64,000 nt of DNA, taken from NCBI RefSeq assembly GCF_006345805.1, contig NC_042998.1:196912001-196976000 (forward strand), written 5' to 3'. Positions 1 to 11,789 of this stretch are shown here, one piece after another. The translations under genes were made by a program, and so were the position numbers. This DNA comes from Octopus sinensis. Taxonomy: Eukaryota. The notes below the pieces were generated by a model. The model did not search any database. It had not been told where the DNA came from and was given only the letters and a program-made list of their open reading frames with translations. Each line of letters opens with the position of its first letter. Positions within the stretch are counted from its first letter, which is position 1.

Positions 1-374
1 TAAAATAGGAAGTTTGTATCATGGAACCAAAAACATTAACAAGTGGGTCGATACCAAAGGAGTTAAGACCATGGTGTATAAGTTCATGGGAATTTAGCTG
101 CTAATTCTAGCACTTTGAGTGACTATGCAGAAGCTCTCTAATTGTAAGACAGTTCCTTGAGATGTTTAAGCTACTGTCTTGGGGTTATTGAATGTGACTC
201 AGCTGATTTTGCTACCTTGCAATGTTTTCTATGAGTTTCTCTTGCACTTAGAGGATCTATATTTTTGGTGGAAGCTGGAAAGGTTGAGCATGAACAAGGT
301 AGGTCTCTGTGAAAAATGTAAGAGGAATTTATATTCAGACAGAGATAGGGCTTAATATTTAACCTATGCTTTAA

Positions 375-556
375 CCCTTTTGTTACCGTATTTATTTTGA
401 GATGCTCTGTGTTTCTTTCAATTAATTTTAAATATAATAAATAATTTAGTAAAATAACTCGGTTATCTCAGCTAGTGTTGGGAACATAAATTGTGAAAAC
501 AAGACATTTATGCTACAGAGCAAGAGCCAGTTTCAGCCGGGTTGGTATCAAAAGGG
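375..556. mobile_element. piggyBac-like MITE
   Basis: TTAA|CCCTTT...AAAGGG|TTAA termini; second copy at 25242-25452 in opposite orientation. Confidence 0.85.
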
Positions 557-560
557 TTAA

Positions 561-780
561 GGCAGTGAACTGGCAGAAAATGTTAGCATGCAAGGTAAAA
601 TGCTTAGCAGCATTTTGTCTGTCTTCACATTCTGAATTCAAATTCTGTCAAGGTAAACTTTGATTTCATCCTTTCAGGGTTGATAAAAAGAGTCCCAGTT
701 GAGCACTGGCACCAATGTAATCAACTTAACCCCCTCCTCTGAACTTGCTGGTCTTGTACTGAAATTCGAAAATCAATATT
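561..780 (+). mobile_element. SINE-C, diverged
   Basis: Family match. Further diverged copies at about 17636-17860 (+), 35645-35822 (-), 36346-36550 (-) and 42140-42322 (-). Confidence 0.7.
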
Positions 781-795
781 TAAGCTGTGACTTAC

Positions 796-846
796 CATAT
801 GGATGTGATCATAGGCATCAGTTAATCCATCAAAAACAATTCCATC
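796..846 (-). CDS. ACAT1: ACAT1 exon (DGIVFDGLTDAYDHIHM); gene continues beyond the left edge
   Basis: DGLTDAY...HM thiolase motif; TTTTCTAG acceptor, GTAAGT donor; 51 bp, phase 0-0. Confidence 0.95.
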
Positions 847-901
847 CTAGAAAATACAAAACAGAAAAGTTAAAGTGAAACAGAAATTGCATAAATAACA
901 T

Positions 902-1020
902 AAACTAAGAGAAGAATCAAATTGAACAAGGGATCAAACTGAAAGAGAGATCAAACTAAGAGAAGGATCAAATTGAACAAGGGATCAAACTGAAAGAGAG
1001 ATCAAACTAAGAGAAGGATC
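902..1020. repeat. Minisatellite, 51-bp unit (3 x 17-bp subunits), about 2.3 copies
   Basis: aaactaag recurs at 902, 953 and 1004. Confidence 0.9.
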
Positions 1021-1730
1021 ATGCTAAATAAGGCATCAAACCTCATTACAGTTTGAAACAATTCAAATCTACAGACCCCATCAGGAGCTTAATCGTGAGA
1101 GTTTGACTTTAAAGATGTAGTTATGTTGAAAAGAAATTAGGACTTATAATATATATGTGGTGTGTAGTGATAGATGTAATATATATTTGATAAAAGCTCT
1201 CGAGTAGACTATATTTTGCTGACGAGGTCCAGTAATATTGAAATATGTCTTAATTTCTTGAAATTACCTCCCCTTTTTCTTTTGAGAGCCTCTAACAATA
1301 AACCAGTCATTATTTTCTATCCCCAACTAAAAGGGCAATTTCAGCAAATTGAGAATCTTTTGCATTCACCATTCAGTACATTTGCTCTTAATTTATTTAT
1401 CAATACTTATCTTGTCTTCTACCAACTTGGTTAGACCTCAAGGCATAGTTACGTTAAAAGCATATGACTTCATCTGCTCTTCCAATGATTGAGGCAGTGG
1501 GGCAATAAACCATGGTGAATTGTGCACTGATTGGATCCCAACCAAACCGATCTTGTTATTCAGAGTGCTGCTGACATTTAGCCCCAGTTCTTCCCTGACC
1601 TGTAGACCTATGATCAAAGATATGGCAAGTGTGGCCATACATATGATTGAGAGAAATTCAGCTGTGTGGACCTTCCATCATTAATCGGAGGTACCTTCTA
1701 TTGTATGTTAAGAGAGAGAGTACTTAACCT

Positions 1731-2417
1731 ATCATCATCATCTTCAACGTTTAACGCCCGTTTTCCGTGCTAGCACGGATTGGACGGTTCGACCAGAGTC
1801 TGTGAAGCCAGGAGGCTGCACCAGGCTCCAGTCTGATCTGGCAGTGTTTCTACAGCTGGATGCCCTTCCTAACACCAACCACTCCATGAGTGTAGTGGGT
1901 GCTTTTTACATGTCACTGGCACAGAAGCCAGTCAAGGCGAGGATCTTTTCGGTTTGAACGGTAGTTTTTTAAAATAATGTCCATGTAACTAAACACTTTT
2001 AAACTTCGTATATTGGTGGAATGTGTTTATAAAACATCCTTTTCTCTTGGCTTTATTGAGAAATTCTATAGTTTGTAAAATATTTGTTGTTTTTTTTCTT
2101 CAATTTCTGCAATTTCAACCAATCAATGACGTCTATTGAGGTGAAAACATTCTGTGCTGTATGAATATGTCCCTCGTTTAAGAAACAGATTGGGTTTATT
2201 TACATTTCTGAAGAAAAAAAGATACCCTTCCCCCCACCCCTAACCCTAACCCTAAAACAGATTGAAATGCAATAGATCGATACTAGGGTCATAATTATGG
2301 GTGACAATTTCATATGACACCGGTAAAAAAAACTGCTGTTCAAACTGAAAAGATCCCAAGGCGGCGCTGGCATTGGTCACGTTCGGATGGTGCTTTTTAC
2401 GTGCCACCGGCACAGGT
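1731..2417 (-). mobile_element. SINE-B (RTE-LINE 3' tail, (GAT)n end), split by a TIR element
   Basis: Core ctggatgcccttcctaa..ccaaccactc..gtgtagtgggtgctttttac. Family name is my label. Confidence 0.85.
1941..2356. mobile_element. 416-bp non-autonomous DNA transposon with about 30-bp GGATCTTTTC TIRs, 8-bp TSD and internal (CCCTAA)3
   Basis: TIRs ggatcttttcggtttgaacggtagtttttt / aaaaaactgctgttcaaactgaaaagatcc; TSD caaggcga / caaggcgg; splits a SINE-B copy. Confidence 0.85.
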
Positions 2418-2636
2418 ATGACTAGTTAGTGATTATTTTACTAGTACTTAGTTTATTGGGCAAAATCCTCCGAAATATGAGTTTTACTTCAAATGAAGAA
2501 AATAGCTACAGTAGAGATAGACGATGGTGATGAGGACAAGAGATGGCAGTGGATGGTAGCTAAGTAAAAGTAAGTCATTATACTATGGACGAGTGATGGT
2601 AACAGAGGGTGACTACAGAGTGGTATACACTTATTT

Positions 2637-3227
2637 TTTTTTACTTGTTTCAGTCATTTGACTGCGGCCATGCTGGAGCACCGCCTTTAGTCGAGCAAAT
2701 CGACTCCAGGGCTTATTCTTTGTAAGCCCAGTACTTATTCTATCGGTTTCTTTTGCCGAACCGCTAAGTGACGGGGACGTAAACACACCAGCATCGGTTG
2801 TCAAGCAATGCTAGGGGGACAAACACATACACACATATATATATACATATATACGACAGGCTTCTTTCAGTTTCCGTCTACCAAATCCACTCACAAGGCA
2901 TTGGTCGGCCCGGGGCTATAGCAGAAGACACTTGCCCAAGTGTCTTGCATGATGGTGACACTCATTTACAACTATCATGCAATGTCAAGGCCGGGGGGGG
3001 GGGGGCACAGTCACTCTCTCTCACACACACACAAATGGGCCCAGGTTTCTTTCCATGTACCAAATCCACTCACAAGGTTTTGGTTGGCCTGGGGCTACAG
3101 TAGAAGACACTTGTCCAATGTGACGTGCAATGGGACTGAACCTGAAACCATTTGGTCAATGGGACTGAACCCGGAACCATGTGGCTGGTTAGCAAGCTAC
3201 TTACCACACAGCCACTCCTGCGCCTAT
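2637..3227 (-). mobile_element. SINE-A with internal templated insertion
   Basis: Family match; 2942-3156 copies 6207-6424. Confidence 0.85.
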
Positions 3228-3357
3228 GGTCAAGTTAGAATAAGAGATGGTAGCTAGTGTAGAGGTAAGTGAAAGTGGTATGAACAAAGCCTTATTAGGA
3301 GTGTCATGTAAAGGTAAATGATACTGGGAAAAGACAAAGAAATATTTGGTGACTTAC

Positions 3358-3450
3358 TATGAGCTTAACCCCTCCATAAGGAGTGCCAGATCGTAGCATA
3401 TAAAGTGGTACATTCGACATACTTTCCATTCCACCAGCAACCATGACATC
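3358..3450 (-). CDS. ACAT1: ACAT1 exon ([31 protein letters not shown])
   Basis: [11 protein letters not shown] thiolase motif found by hand (not in ORF track); TTTCTTTAG acceptor, GTAAGT donor; 93 bp, phase 0-0. Confidence 0.97.
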
Positions 3451-3594
3451 CTAAAGAAAATGAAAACAATTTTTCTTTATAAAAATCCTGATTTCTTAAA
3501 CTGAAACAAGACCTCAAATACTAAGAAAAGGTGTTGCCACTAAGATAATCTCTAGAACTTGACTAAAATAATAATAATAATGATAATAATAATA

Positions 3595-3629
<35 letters not shown>

Positions 3630-4500
3630 CCCTGATGCAGTACCAGGCAGTGGCTCTCATGGCTTCTGATCTTAACTGATTGGAAGTGTTATCATGTACA
3701 TTGTTTTGTCTTGGTATAAAAGATGGGCTACAGCAAATAATCTGCTCAGTACCACAGATTTGCTTGTCAGTTGTTTGACCATAGCCAGTTGAGTAAGTCC
3801 CTTAGTGGCTGACGATATGTGCATCTCTGATCACAAGCAGAAGTAGTGGGGGAGCATCATAGCCATGTGTTGAGAGGGATTCTTTGGGGTTTGAATAATT
3901 CACCTCTGGAAACATGGGTGTTTTGTTCAACATCCTTAAACAACCCTTACTCAGGGACCTTTTGAGCAGGATGGGTTACTCGACCAGAAGAAAATTCTAA
4001 CTGGGCCCCACCTGTAAGGTCATGTGCTGTTTATCTTGATATGAGATCACCATGTCGCGCACATATGGTTGTGATGCATGTGCCTGGTGTACCCTTATCA
4101 GACGGGTAGTCATGATGGGTATATTGGGCTTCGTATATTTTACCCCAGTGTCACTTTGATGGCATGAACTGCTCTCTCACTCAATAATAATAGTAATAAT
4201 AATAATAATAAAAATAATAATAGTAATAATAATAATAATAATAATAATACAACCCTTATTCAGGGACCTTTTGAGTGGGATGGGCTACTCAACCTGAAGA
4301 AAATTCTAACTGGGCCCCACCTGCAAGGTCATGTGCTGTTTATCTTGATATGAGATCACCATGTCGCGCACATATGGTTGTGATGCATGTGCCTGGTGTA
4401 CCCTTATCAGACGGGTAGTCATGATGGGTATATTGGGCTTCGTATATTTGTACCCCAGTGTCACTTTGATGGCATGCACTGCTCTCTAACTCAATAATAA
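3630..4500. repeat. Interspersed repeat between (AAT)n tracts with a tandem duplicate of its last about 245 bp
   Basis: 3941-4190 repeated at 4250-4500 (period 309). Confidence 0.75.
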
Positions 4501-4569
4501 TAATAATATTCTAAAAGGTTTGGCATAGCTCTTCACAAAGGTAAACAGACAAGACGAAGAGCACGATGT

Positions 4570-4965
4570 GATTGCAATAGATATGTTATTGGTTGAACGA
4601 TATTTCGACAGCAAGCCTGTCTCTGTTGAGTTCAAAATGAAAAGTGATAAAAATTCAAAATTATAGAAATTCCAATATGAATCAGAAAATGAGAAATCAA
4701 CATTTCTGTCAGTTAAAAAAAACTTGTTTTTTTGTGCTGAAAAACAAAAGTCGTTTATCATTTCTGGAAATATGCAAACACGAAAAAGTTATAGCGGACA
4801 GTCTTACAACATCAAATATCAACATGTAGATGCCGATTGCTCTTGTTCATAATTTAGATTTGAATTTCTATAATTTTGAAATTTTATCACTTTTTCGTTT
4901 TTAATGTGACAAAGACAGGCTTGCTGTTGAAATATCATTCAACCAATAAAATATCTATTGCAATC
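4570..4965. mobile_element. MITE with about 100-bp TIRs
   Basis: 4570-4680 is the reverse complement of about 4850-4965 (gattgcaatagatat...acagcaagcctgtc...). Confidence 0.8.
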
Positions 4966-5027
4966 GAATAATAATAATAATAATGATAATAATAATAATA
5001 ATAATAATAGTAATAATAATAATAACA

Positions 5028-5072
<45 letters not shown>

Positions 5073-5113
5073 TAGTAATAGTAATAATAATAATAATAAT
5101 TATAGTAATAGTA

Positions 5114-5156
<43 letters not shown>
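4966..5156. repeat. (AAT)n microsatellite
   Basis: Direct reading. Other (AAT)n tracts at about 3568-3628, 4183-4248 and 35822-35903. Confidence 0.95.
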
Positions 5157-5234
5157 GAGAACTATTACTACCCATGAATTTTAATTTAACTTAAAAAAAA
5201 ATGAACGAACTAGTGAGTTTAGTTTAATGGCCTA

Positions 5235-5352
5235 CCAATGTATACTATGAGTTTCTTTGCCCTAGGAGTCGGGAAGACACTCGGCAAGAAATGGAAGCAA
5301 ATTTGAAAGAAGAAGAAAAAAAAGATAACAATAATAATAATAATAATAACAA
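5235..5352 (+). mobile_element. 3'UTR fragment of the same R4/Dong-like family
   Basis: atgagtttctttgccctagg...gacactcggcaagaaatggaagcaaattt matches 36244-36310; (AAT)n on both sides. Confidence 0.65.
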
Positions 5353-6704
5353 CTGATTTAGGTACAGGGTAAGCAAATTGGGGGATGGGGGCTAGTTAAT
5401 ATCATAGACCAAAGTACTTGTATTTTCTTTTATTGACTCAAGAAAGTAGAAGACAAAGAGATTTGAACTCTGAATGTAAAGAGTCGAAAGAAATACTGTG
5501 TTTTTTTCCAATGCTCTAATGATTCTACCAAACAAACCACTTGATGTGGTGGTGGTGGTGCCTTGTCAGCTCACACATGGGCAGCAAATGTTCAAGAGAT
5601 GCAATGAGGGCACCAAATGTTTAGAGATGTGAGTTCTTTTAGAAATATGATATCTAAACCAGGCACAATATTTTGGTTTTTGAACACACTAAGAAAACAA
5701 CCAGATCTTTGTTGGCATTACAATAGAAATAGGGCACAGTGTGTTATCAGTGAGTGGAAACGTGACTGATAATGTGTCAAGGCCTAATATAATTCCGTTA
5801 TATAAGTCATTACTTTCTTTGATAATTTTCCTAACAATTTAATATAGGAAACTAATCCTACCATGATTTGAACATAGAATCTAAGTTGACAACCAAACAA
5901 AATGTATTATGGGCTTTAGTTAATCCCACAATACATTTTGTTTGGCTCTCAACTGATTCTGATATCAAATACCTTAAGATATCATCATCACCACTGTTTA
6001 TAATGTCCATTTTCCCTGCTTGCATAAGGCAGATTTTCTATGGCCAAATTCTCTTCCCATCACCAATCTTCACCTATTGCCAAGTAAGGTGATATTTCTC
6101 AATGCCCAGACATCATCATCATCATCATTTAACACCCACTTTCCATGCTAGCATGGGTTGGATGATTTGACTGAGGTCTGGTGAACCAAACTCCAAATGA
6201 AGGACACTGCTTGTATGATGGTGACACTCATTTACAACTATCATACAATGTCAAGGCGGGGGGGGGGGGGCAGTCACTCTCTTTCTCTCACACACACACA
6301 AATGAGCTCAGGTTTCTTTCCATGTACCAAATCCACTCACAAGGTTTTGGTTGGCCTGGGGCTACAGTAGAAGACACTTGTCCAAGGTGACATGCAATGG
6401 GACTGAACCTGAAACCATTTGGTCGGGAAGCAATCTTCTGACCACACAGCCACACCTGCACCTATAATAAAAACATCTAGTAGCAGCAGTGGTTGTAGTA
6501 GTAGTAGCAGTAATCAACACCATTTGTAATCAATACAATGATTAATGTAGCATTAAGGTTGTTAGCATTAAGGTGGTTAGACAAGTTCTTCAACTCCCTT
6601 AGGTCTATCATCTTAGAGAAATCTATTTTTTGTAGATACATAAACACATCATTACTACAATAGTAACATCATCAGATGTGTAACTTACAAACTCCGAACC
6701 CTAC

Positions 6705-6805
6705 CTGGTGTCCACACATTAAACTCTGGGCAGCCAACATAACAGACTTCATACCAGAAGCACAGACTTTGTTCACGGTTGTGGCCGGAGTTGAGATGGG
6801 CAAAC
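6705..6805 (-). CDS. ACAT1: ACAT1 exon with catalytic Cys ([34 protein letters not shown])
   Basis: NKVCASG acyl-enzyme motif; TTCCAG acceptor, GTAGGG donor; 101 bp, phase 1-0. Confidence 0.97.
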
Positions 6806-7018
6806 CTGGAAGAAAAGAAAATGATGGAGTTAAAGAGAAGCACTGATGAAATCTTGGTTTAAATGAACAATGTGTTATTGATGCTGTCATTGTTGTAACT
6901 GTGTTGCAACTGTACAGGTGCTTTGCTGGCATTATTGCTTCTATCGCTGCAAACATTATATCACAAACCTCATGGAAAATATCAAGTTGATAGATAGTTT
7001 ATATACATGCATTATATA

Positions 7019-7720
7019 AGTACTAGCACTATGACCCGGCGTTGTCGGGTCTAGTGCTAGTCAACCATATTTGGTCTTTCATGAAAATCCCTATCTCTTG
7101 TCATTCATTGGGTCTAATTCCCTGCATTTCTCAAATCAAAAAAGCGTGCACGTTTGAAAGCCAAAACACATAATAATGCGTCTTCACAAAACACAAAAAT
7201 GTGCAGAGTCATACAGACTGTCTGCAAAAGCGCACGCGCATCCAACTGTCAGGTGTGAAATTATCTCCGTCCAATCAAAAAACAGACATTTTGCCATTTA
7301 TAGATATAGAGATTTTAAGCAAACGTTTAGAAATTCTCTGGGAAACTGTAAAATCCAGAAATCCGGGACAGTTCCGGTCATAAATTGGATAAATTGGTCT
7401 GGTACAGTATTGAGGTGTGATACATAACAAAGGGAGGGAAATGCAGAGTTTTAAAGAGTTATTTCCCTAGTTATGGTTTAATATCTTTAGATTAAACTGC
7501 TGGAGTTACGTCCCTTGTATTAAAGACTTTTGTTACCTAAAACATAAGGGGTTGGTTTATCGATTTTTTTAAATGGCTTTCAGTGGTAACTGGGGAAATG
7601 AAATGATCTTCACAGTTTTGAATAACCATAGAAAGTGTGAGCCCTCTCACTGAAAAATTGTGGATTTGTATAAAGGATACACACACACACAGACATTTTG
7701 CCATTTATATATATAGAGAG
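7019..7720 (+). mobile_element. Non-autonomous Helitron/Helentron-like (DINE-1-like) element
   Basis: 5' actagcactatgacccggc..gtcgggtctagtgctagt hairpin, (CA)/(CAGA) tract, ...ttttgccatttatatatatagag end; related to 26393-26712. Confidence 0.6.
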
Positions 7721-7772
7721 ATATAAGGACTAAATATATATATTATACATGAATTACATCAGTGTGTGTGTT

Positions 7773-7990
7773 TATGAAGAGGTACTGGAAAGTTCCTAGC
7801 TTTAAGACTATTGTGAAAGGCCTGGTTGGAGATTCAAGCTTCTGAGTTTTACAGGGCTTAGAAAAAACTGAAAGACCACTGCAATTTGTGTGTGAATCTG
7901 TGAGGGGAACATGTTGAATAAAATCATAATTAACTGATCCTCCTGTATTTTCTCATACCCAAAGCCAGGACCTTTCAGCAACCCCTCGTA
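7773..7990. mobile_element. mariner-type MITE
   Basis: About 30-bp TIRs (..gaggtactggaaagttcctagcttt / aaagccaggacctttcagcaacccctcgta). Confidence 0.75.
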
Positions 7991-8148
7991 CATATCATTA
8001 TCATTTACTGGCCACTTTTTCATGATTCAGAGGGGGTTTACCGAGACAGATTTTCTGTGGTTGCATACTCTCTTGGACATGCTGCCTAGTGAATATATTC
8101 TGGCCCCTCATCATCAACTTATCTTTCCTTCACACCATTCTGTCCACC

Positions 8149-8615
8149 TGGCTTCCATGCCAGTGGCACTTAAAAGGCACCATTCGAGCATGATCGTTAC
8201 CAGCATCACCCTACTGGCACTCGAGCCCCATGCTTGTAGGGTATTAAGAGCACCATCTGAGCATGATCATTGCCAGAGTGGCTATCTGACCTCTATGCCG
8301 GTGGCACATAAAAGACACCATTCGAGCGTGATCGTTACCAGCATCGCCATACTGGCACCTGTGCCGGTGGCATGGGTAAAAGATTTGAGCGAGGTCGTTG
8401 CCAGTACCGCCTGACTGGCCCCGTGCCAGTGGCACGTAAAAACCACCCACTATGCTCTCAGAGTGGTTGGCATTAGGAAGGGCATCCAGCTGTAGAAACT
8501 CTGCCAGATCAAGATTGGAGCCTGCTGCAGCCATCTGGTTCGCCAGCCCTCAGTCAAAATCGTCCAACCCATGCCAGCATGGAAAGCGGACGTTAAACGA
8601 TGATGATGATGATGA
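8149..8615 (+). mobile_element. SINE-B with multiple internal repeat units
   Basis: Family core + (GAT)n tail. Confidence 0.85.
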
Positions 8616-9073
8616 TATAAAAAAAACTGAGAATGTTTGTCTGTCTGTCTGTGTCTGTATGTGTGCATCACTAAAACTCAAGAACTACCCAACTGATTTC
8701 ATTCAAATTTTACACATGCCTTACTTACGGTCCATGGAGTGTCATAGGGCAAAAAATTTTTTAACTTCTTACCTAATGCAAGCCCGGAGCAATCTCTTAT
8801 CTCTTACACTATTTTAGTATTACGTGTCAAAAGTGAAACCATAACATCTCTTAGAAAATTACTATTTTTAAATCTCACAATGAGAGATATTCACCAACAG
8901 TACTTTGGAATAAAGATCGTTTGCCAACATAACATAGCAGTCCTGGTTTAGGACGAAAGTTGCTGTAATTTAGCCCCAGGAGACATCATCTCCAGCTGGC
9001 TATATGACACAATCTGTAGCCTTATATTTTCAAACAAGGGAATCTAGCACCCCCCACTCAGCTCAAAACAATA

Positions 9074-9118
9074 TCTGTGTATTGCGATTTCTGGGTTATT
9101 TCTCCTCATCAGCACAGA
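9074..9118 (-). ncRNA. Degenerate hammerhead motif (left arm of palindrome)
   Basis: UCUGUG CUGAUGA GGAG-AAAUAA-CCCA GAAA UCGCA AUA CACAGA. Core intact, stems II and III damaged. Confidence 0.55.
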
Positions 9119-9138
9119 CTAATTAACCGAACAATTAT

Positions 9139-9183
9139 TCTGTGCTGATGAAGGGAAATAACCCGGAAATCGCGATACACAGA
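9139..9183 (+). ncRNA. Minimal type I hammerhead ribozyme motif (right arm of palindrome)
   Basis: UCUGUG CUGAUGA AGGG-AAAUAA-CCCG GAAA UCGCG AUA|CACAGA. 6-bp stem I, palindromic stem III (AUCGCGAU), 3-bp stem II with A.G closing mismatch. Confidence 0.7.
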
Positions 9184-10054
9184 TATTGTTCTGAGCTGAG
9201 TGGGGGTGCTAGATTCCCTTGTTCAAAAATATAAGGGCACGGATCGTGTTGTATAGCCAGTTGGAGACGATGTCTCCAGGGGCTAAATTACAGCAACATT
9301 TGTCCTAAACCAGGACTGCCATGTTATGTTGGCAAACAATCTTTACTCCGTAACATCTCTATTGGAATGTGAGAAACTTCCAGTTTAATAGTTTCATTAT
9401 TAATACTGAAACTTGTAAAGTGAAACTATTATCTCATATATACATGCATACATACATGTATATATATAAATTTGACATGAGCGATTCTTTCTTGTTTGGG
9501 ATTCACAGTCAAACAGCTGGGTGGAATTGCACGAAAAATTACACATGTGTAGAATGATCTGGTGGTGATGTATTTTTTCATAGCTCCCATGGTTACTGAG
9601 ATAATCTATTATAATAATACTTTTGTGTTTATGAATGAGAAAGGAAAGGGTGATAGATGAATAAGGAAAGAAGGGGTGATATCATACTTGGTAGTGGGAT
9701 GATGAAAATTGTACACTGAAAAAATAAATCAAACAGCGTTTCAACTCTGTGTGAATATATGTGTATGTAAAAAGGGGGTATGTGAATGTGTGTGTGTGTG
9801 TATGTATGTGTGCATGTGCATACACAATGGAAGTGGGATGGTTCATCTTTGTTCACTTAGTATTTGGGTTTATTTTTTGATTTGGTTGAATCTTGGTTGG
9901 TATTTTTTATTGGTCAATTATTTTTTAGCATTCTGAGAGAAAATAGTCATTCTAAAATTGTTTTTTAATGTGCCCAACAAGTCGAATGCTTACACAGAGC
10001 AGGTTTTACAGCCACATCATCCAAACCGACTGGTGAAACTGGGCTTAGCTGTTA

Positions 10055-10057
<3 letters not shown>

Positions 10058-10095
<38 letters not shown>

Positions 10096-10157
10096 ATATA
10101 TATGTCTATATATATATGTATGTGTATATATGTATGTATGTATATATGTATGTATGT

Positions 10158-10210
<53 letters not shown>

Positions 10211-10300
10211 TATATGTGTGTGTATATATATGTATGTCTATATATGTATGTATGTGTATATATATATATGCATATATACATACATATATGTACATACATC
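10058..10300. repeat. (TA)n/(TATG)n compound microsatellite
   Basis: Direct reading. Confidence 0.95.
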
Positions 10301-10304
10301 TATA

Positions 10305-10395
10305 CGACACGATCTGTGTCTTTATATTTTCGAACAAGGGAATCTAGGACCCCCACTCAGCTCGAAGCAATATCTGTGTATCACGATTTCCAGGT
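10305..10395. repeat. Partial copy of the palindrome-arm family
   Basis: ...ttatattttcgaacaagggaatctagg...ccactcagctc...aatatctgtgtatcacgatttcc matches 9010-9095. Confidence 0.75.
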
Positions 10396-10689
10396 TATAT
10401 ATATATATATATATATATATGCATATGTAGGCATAGGACGTTACGAAACGTGTACAACATAAAATACGAAGTACGAGTACATGGAATATGAACTACTTTT
10501 TCAAACAACAAAAGACACAAATGGAAAACAAGACAAACGACATAAAGATGAACGACCCTTCATCAGTTGTTGGCACTTTCTCTACTCTTGTATCTTGAGC
10601 ATTCGCACTCTATACGATCTTTTTACTCTTTCGTTTTTTGCTGTTGTATGTATATATATATATATATGTATGTATGTATGTGTATGTAT

Positions 10690-10905
10690 ATGTTTGTGCG
10701 TCTGTCTTTGTCCCCCCAACATCGCTTGACAACCGATGCTGGTGTGTTTACATTCCCATAACTTAGCTTGTTTGGCCAAAGAGACCGATAGAATAAGTTC
10801 TAGGCTTACAATGAATAAGTCCTGGGATCGATTTGCTTGACTAAAGGCGGTGCTCCAGCATGGCCACAGTCAAATGACTGAAACAAGTTAAAGAATAAAA
10901 GAATA
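10690..10905 (+). mobile_element. SINE-A 3' half
   Basis: Family match; inverted relative to 11168-11590. Confidence 0.8.
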
Positions 10906-11167
10906 TATATATATATATCATGTGTAATAAGGAAAGTGTTAAAATTATTTTGGTGGTGTTTCTGTACCAATATTACCCACAATTCCTATTATAATAGACA
11001 CAAATGTTGCCAATATTCTCCACATTCCTTGTATTTCTAATTCCAGTTCTGTGTTTTGTACACAAGGTTTTTGCACATTGCTCAAATGCATTTCTGTTCA
11101 ATGGTATAAAAACACAACCCATGTGCCTGGTGCTACTTGTTCTGGGTTATTTTTACATAACACCTAC

Positions 11168-11590
11168 TCTTTTACTCTTTTACTTGTTTCAGTCATTTGA
11201 CTGCGGCCATGCTGGAGCACCGCCTTTAGTCGAGCAAATCGACCCCGGGACTTATTCTCTTTTGTAAGCCCAGTACTTATTCTATCGGTCTCTTTTGCCG
11301 AACTGCTAAGTGACGGGGACGTAAACACACCAGCATCGGTTGTCAAGCAATGCTAGGGGGACAAACACAGACATACAAACATATACACACACACTTATAT
11401 ATATATATATATATACACATATATACGACAGGCTTCTTTCAGTTTCCGTCTACCAAATCAACTCACAAGGCATTGATCGGCCCGGGGCTATAGCAGAAGA
11501 CACTTGCCCAAGATGCCACGCAGTGGGACTGAACCCGGAAACATGTGGTTGGTAAGCAAGCTACTTACCACACAGCCACTCCTGTGCCTC
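11168..11590 (-). mobile_element. SINE-A full length
   Basis: Family match. Confidence 0.85.
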
Positions 11591-11789
11591 TGCATTTTCA
11601 TGCAAAAAGATATTCAGCTTGTTAGGATAGAAAACATCAACTGAGTATCAACAATCTCAATACCAAGATGAAATGCTTGTAACAAAGTGTATTTTTGCCA
11701 AAAGCACTCAAAGGCTTCCATACAATTTCCATATAACAAAATCCATTCACACTTCCGTGGTGAAAGACAACCAAGGTGTTGTGTAGTGG

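Larger units (their letters stand above)
8911..9345. mobile_element. 435-bp near-perfect palindrome (arms about 208 bp, loop 9119-9138) with hammerhead motifs at its centre
   Basis: Arms are reverse complements end to end, mostly transition mismatches. A half-copy lies at about 10305-10395. Confidence 0.9.

Noticed and set aside
1438-1638. 66-aa minus-strand ORF inside an ACAT1 intron
   Set aside because: No thiolase similarity, no convincing splice sites, no recognisable domain.
4939-5194. Poly-Asn/poly-Ile ORFs, and similar YI/HT/CV-repeat ORFs at 9958-10462 and 28894-29208
   Set aside because: Translations of microsatellites.
8149-8615. Repeat-spacer appearance of SINE-B internal arrays (CRISPR-like)
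   Set aside because: Eukaryotic context, homologous linkers, dispersed retroelement with (GAT)n tail, no cas genes.
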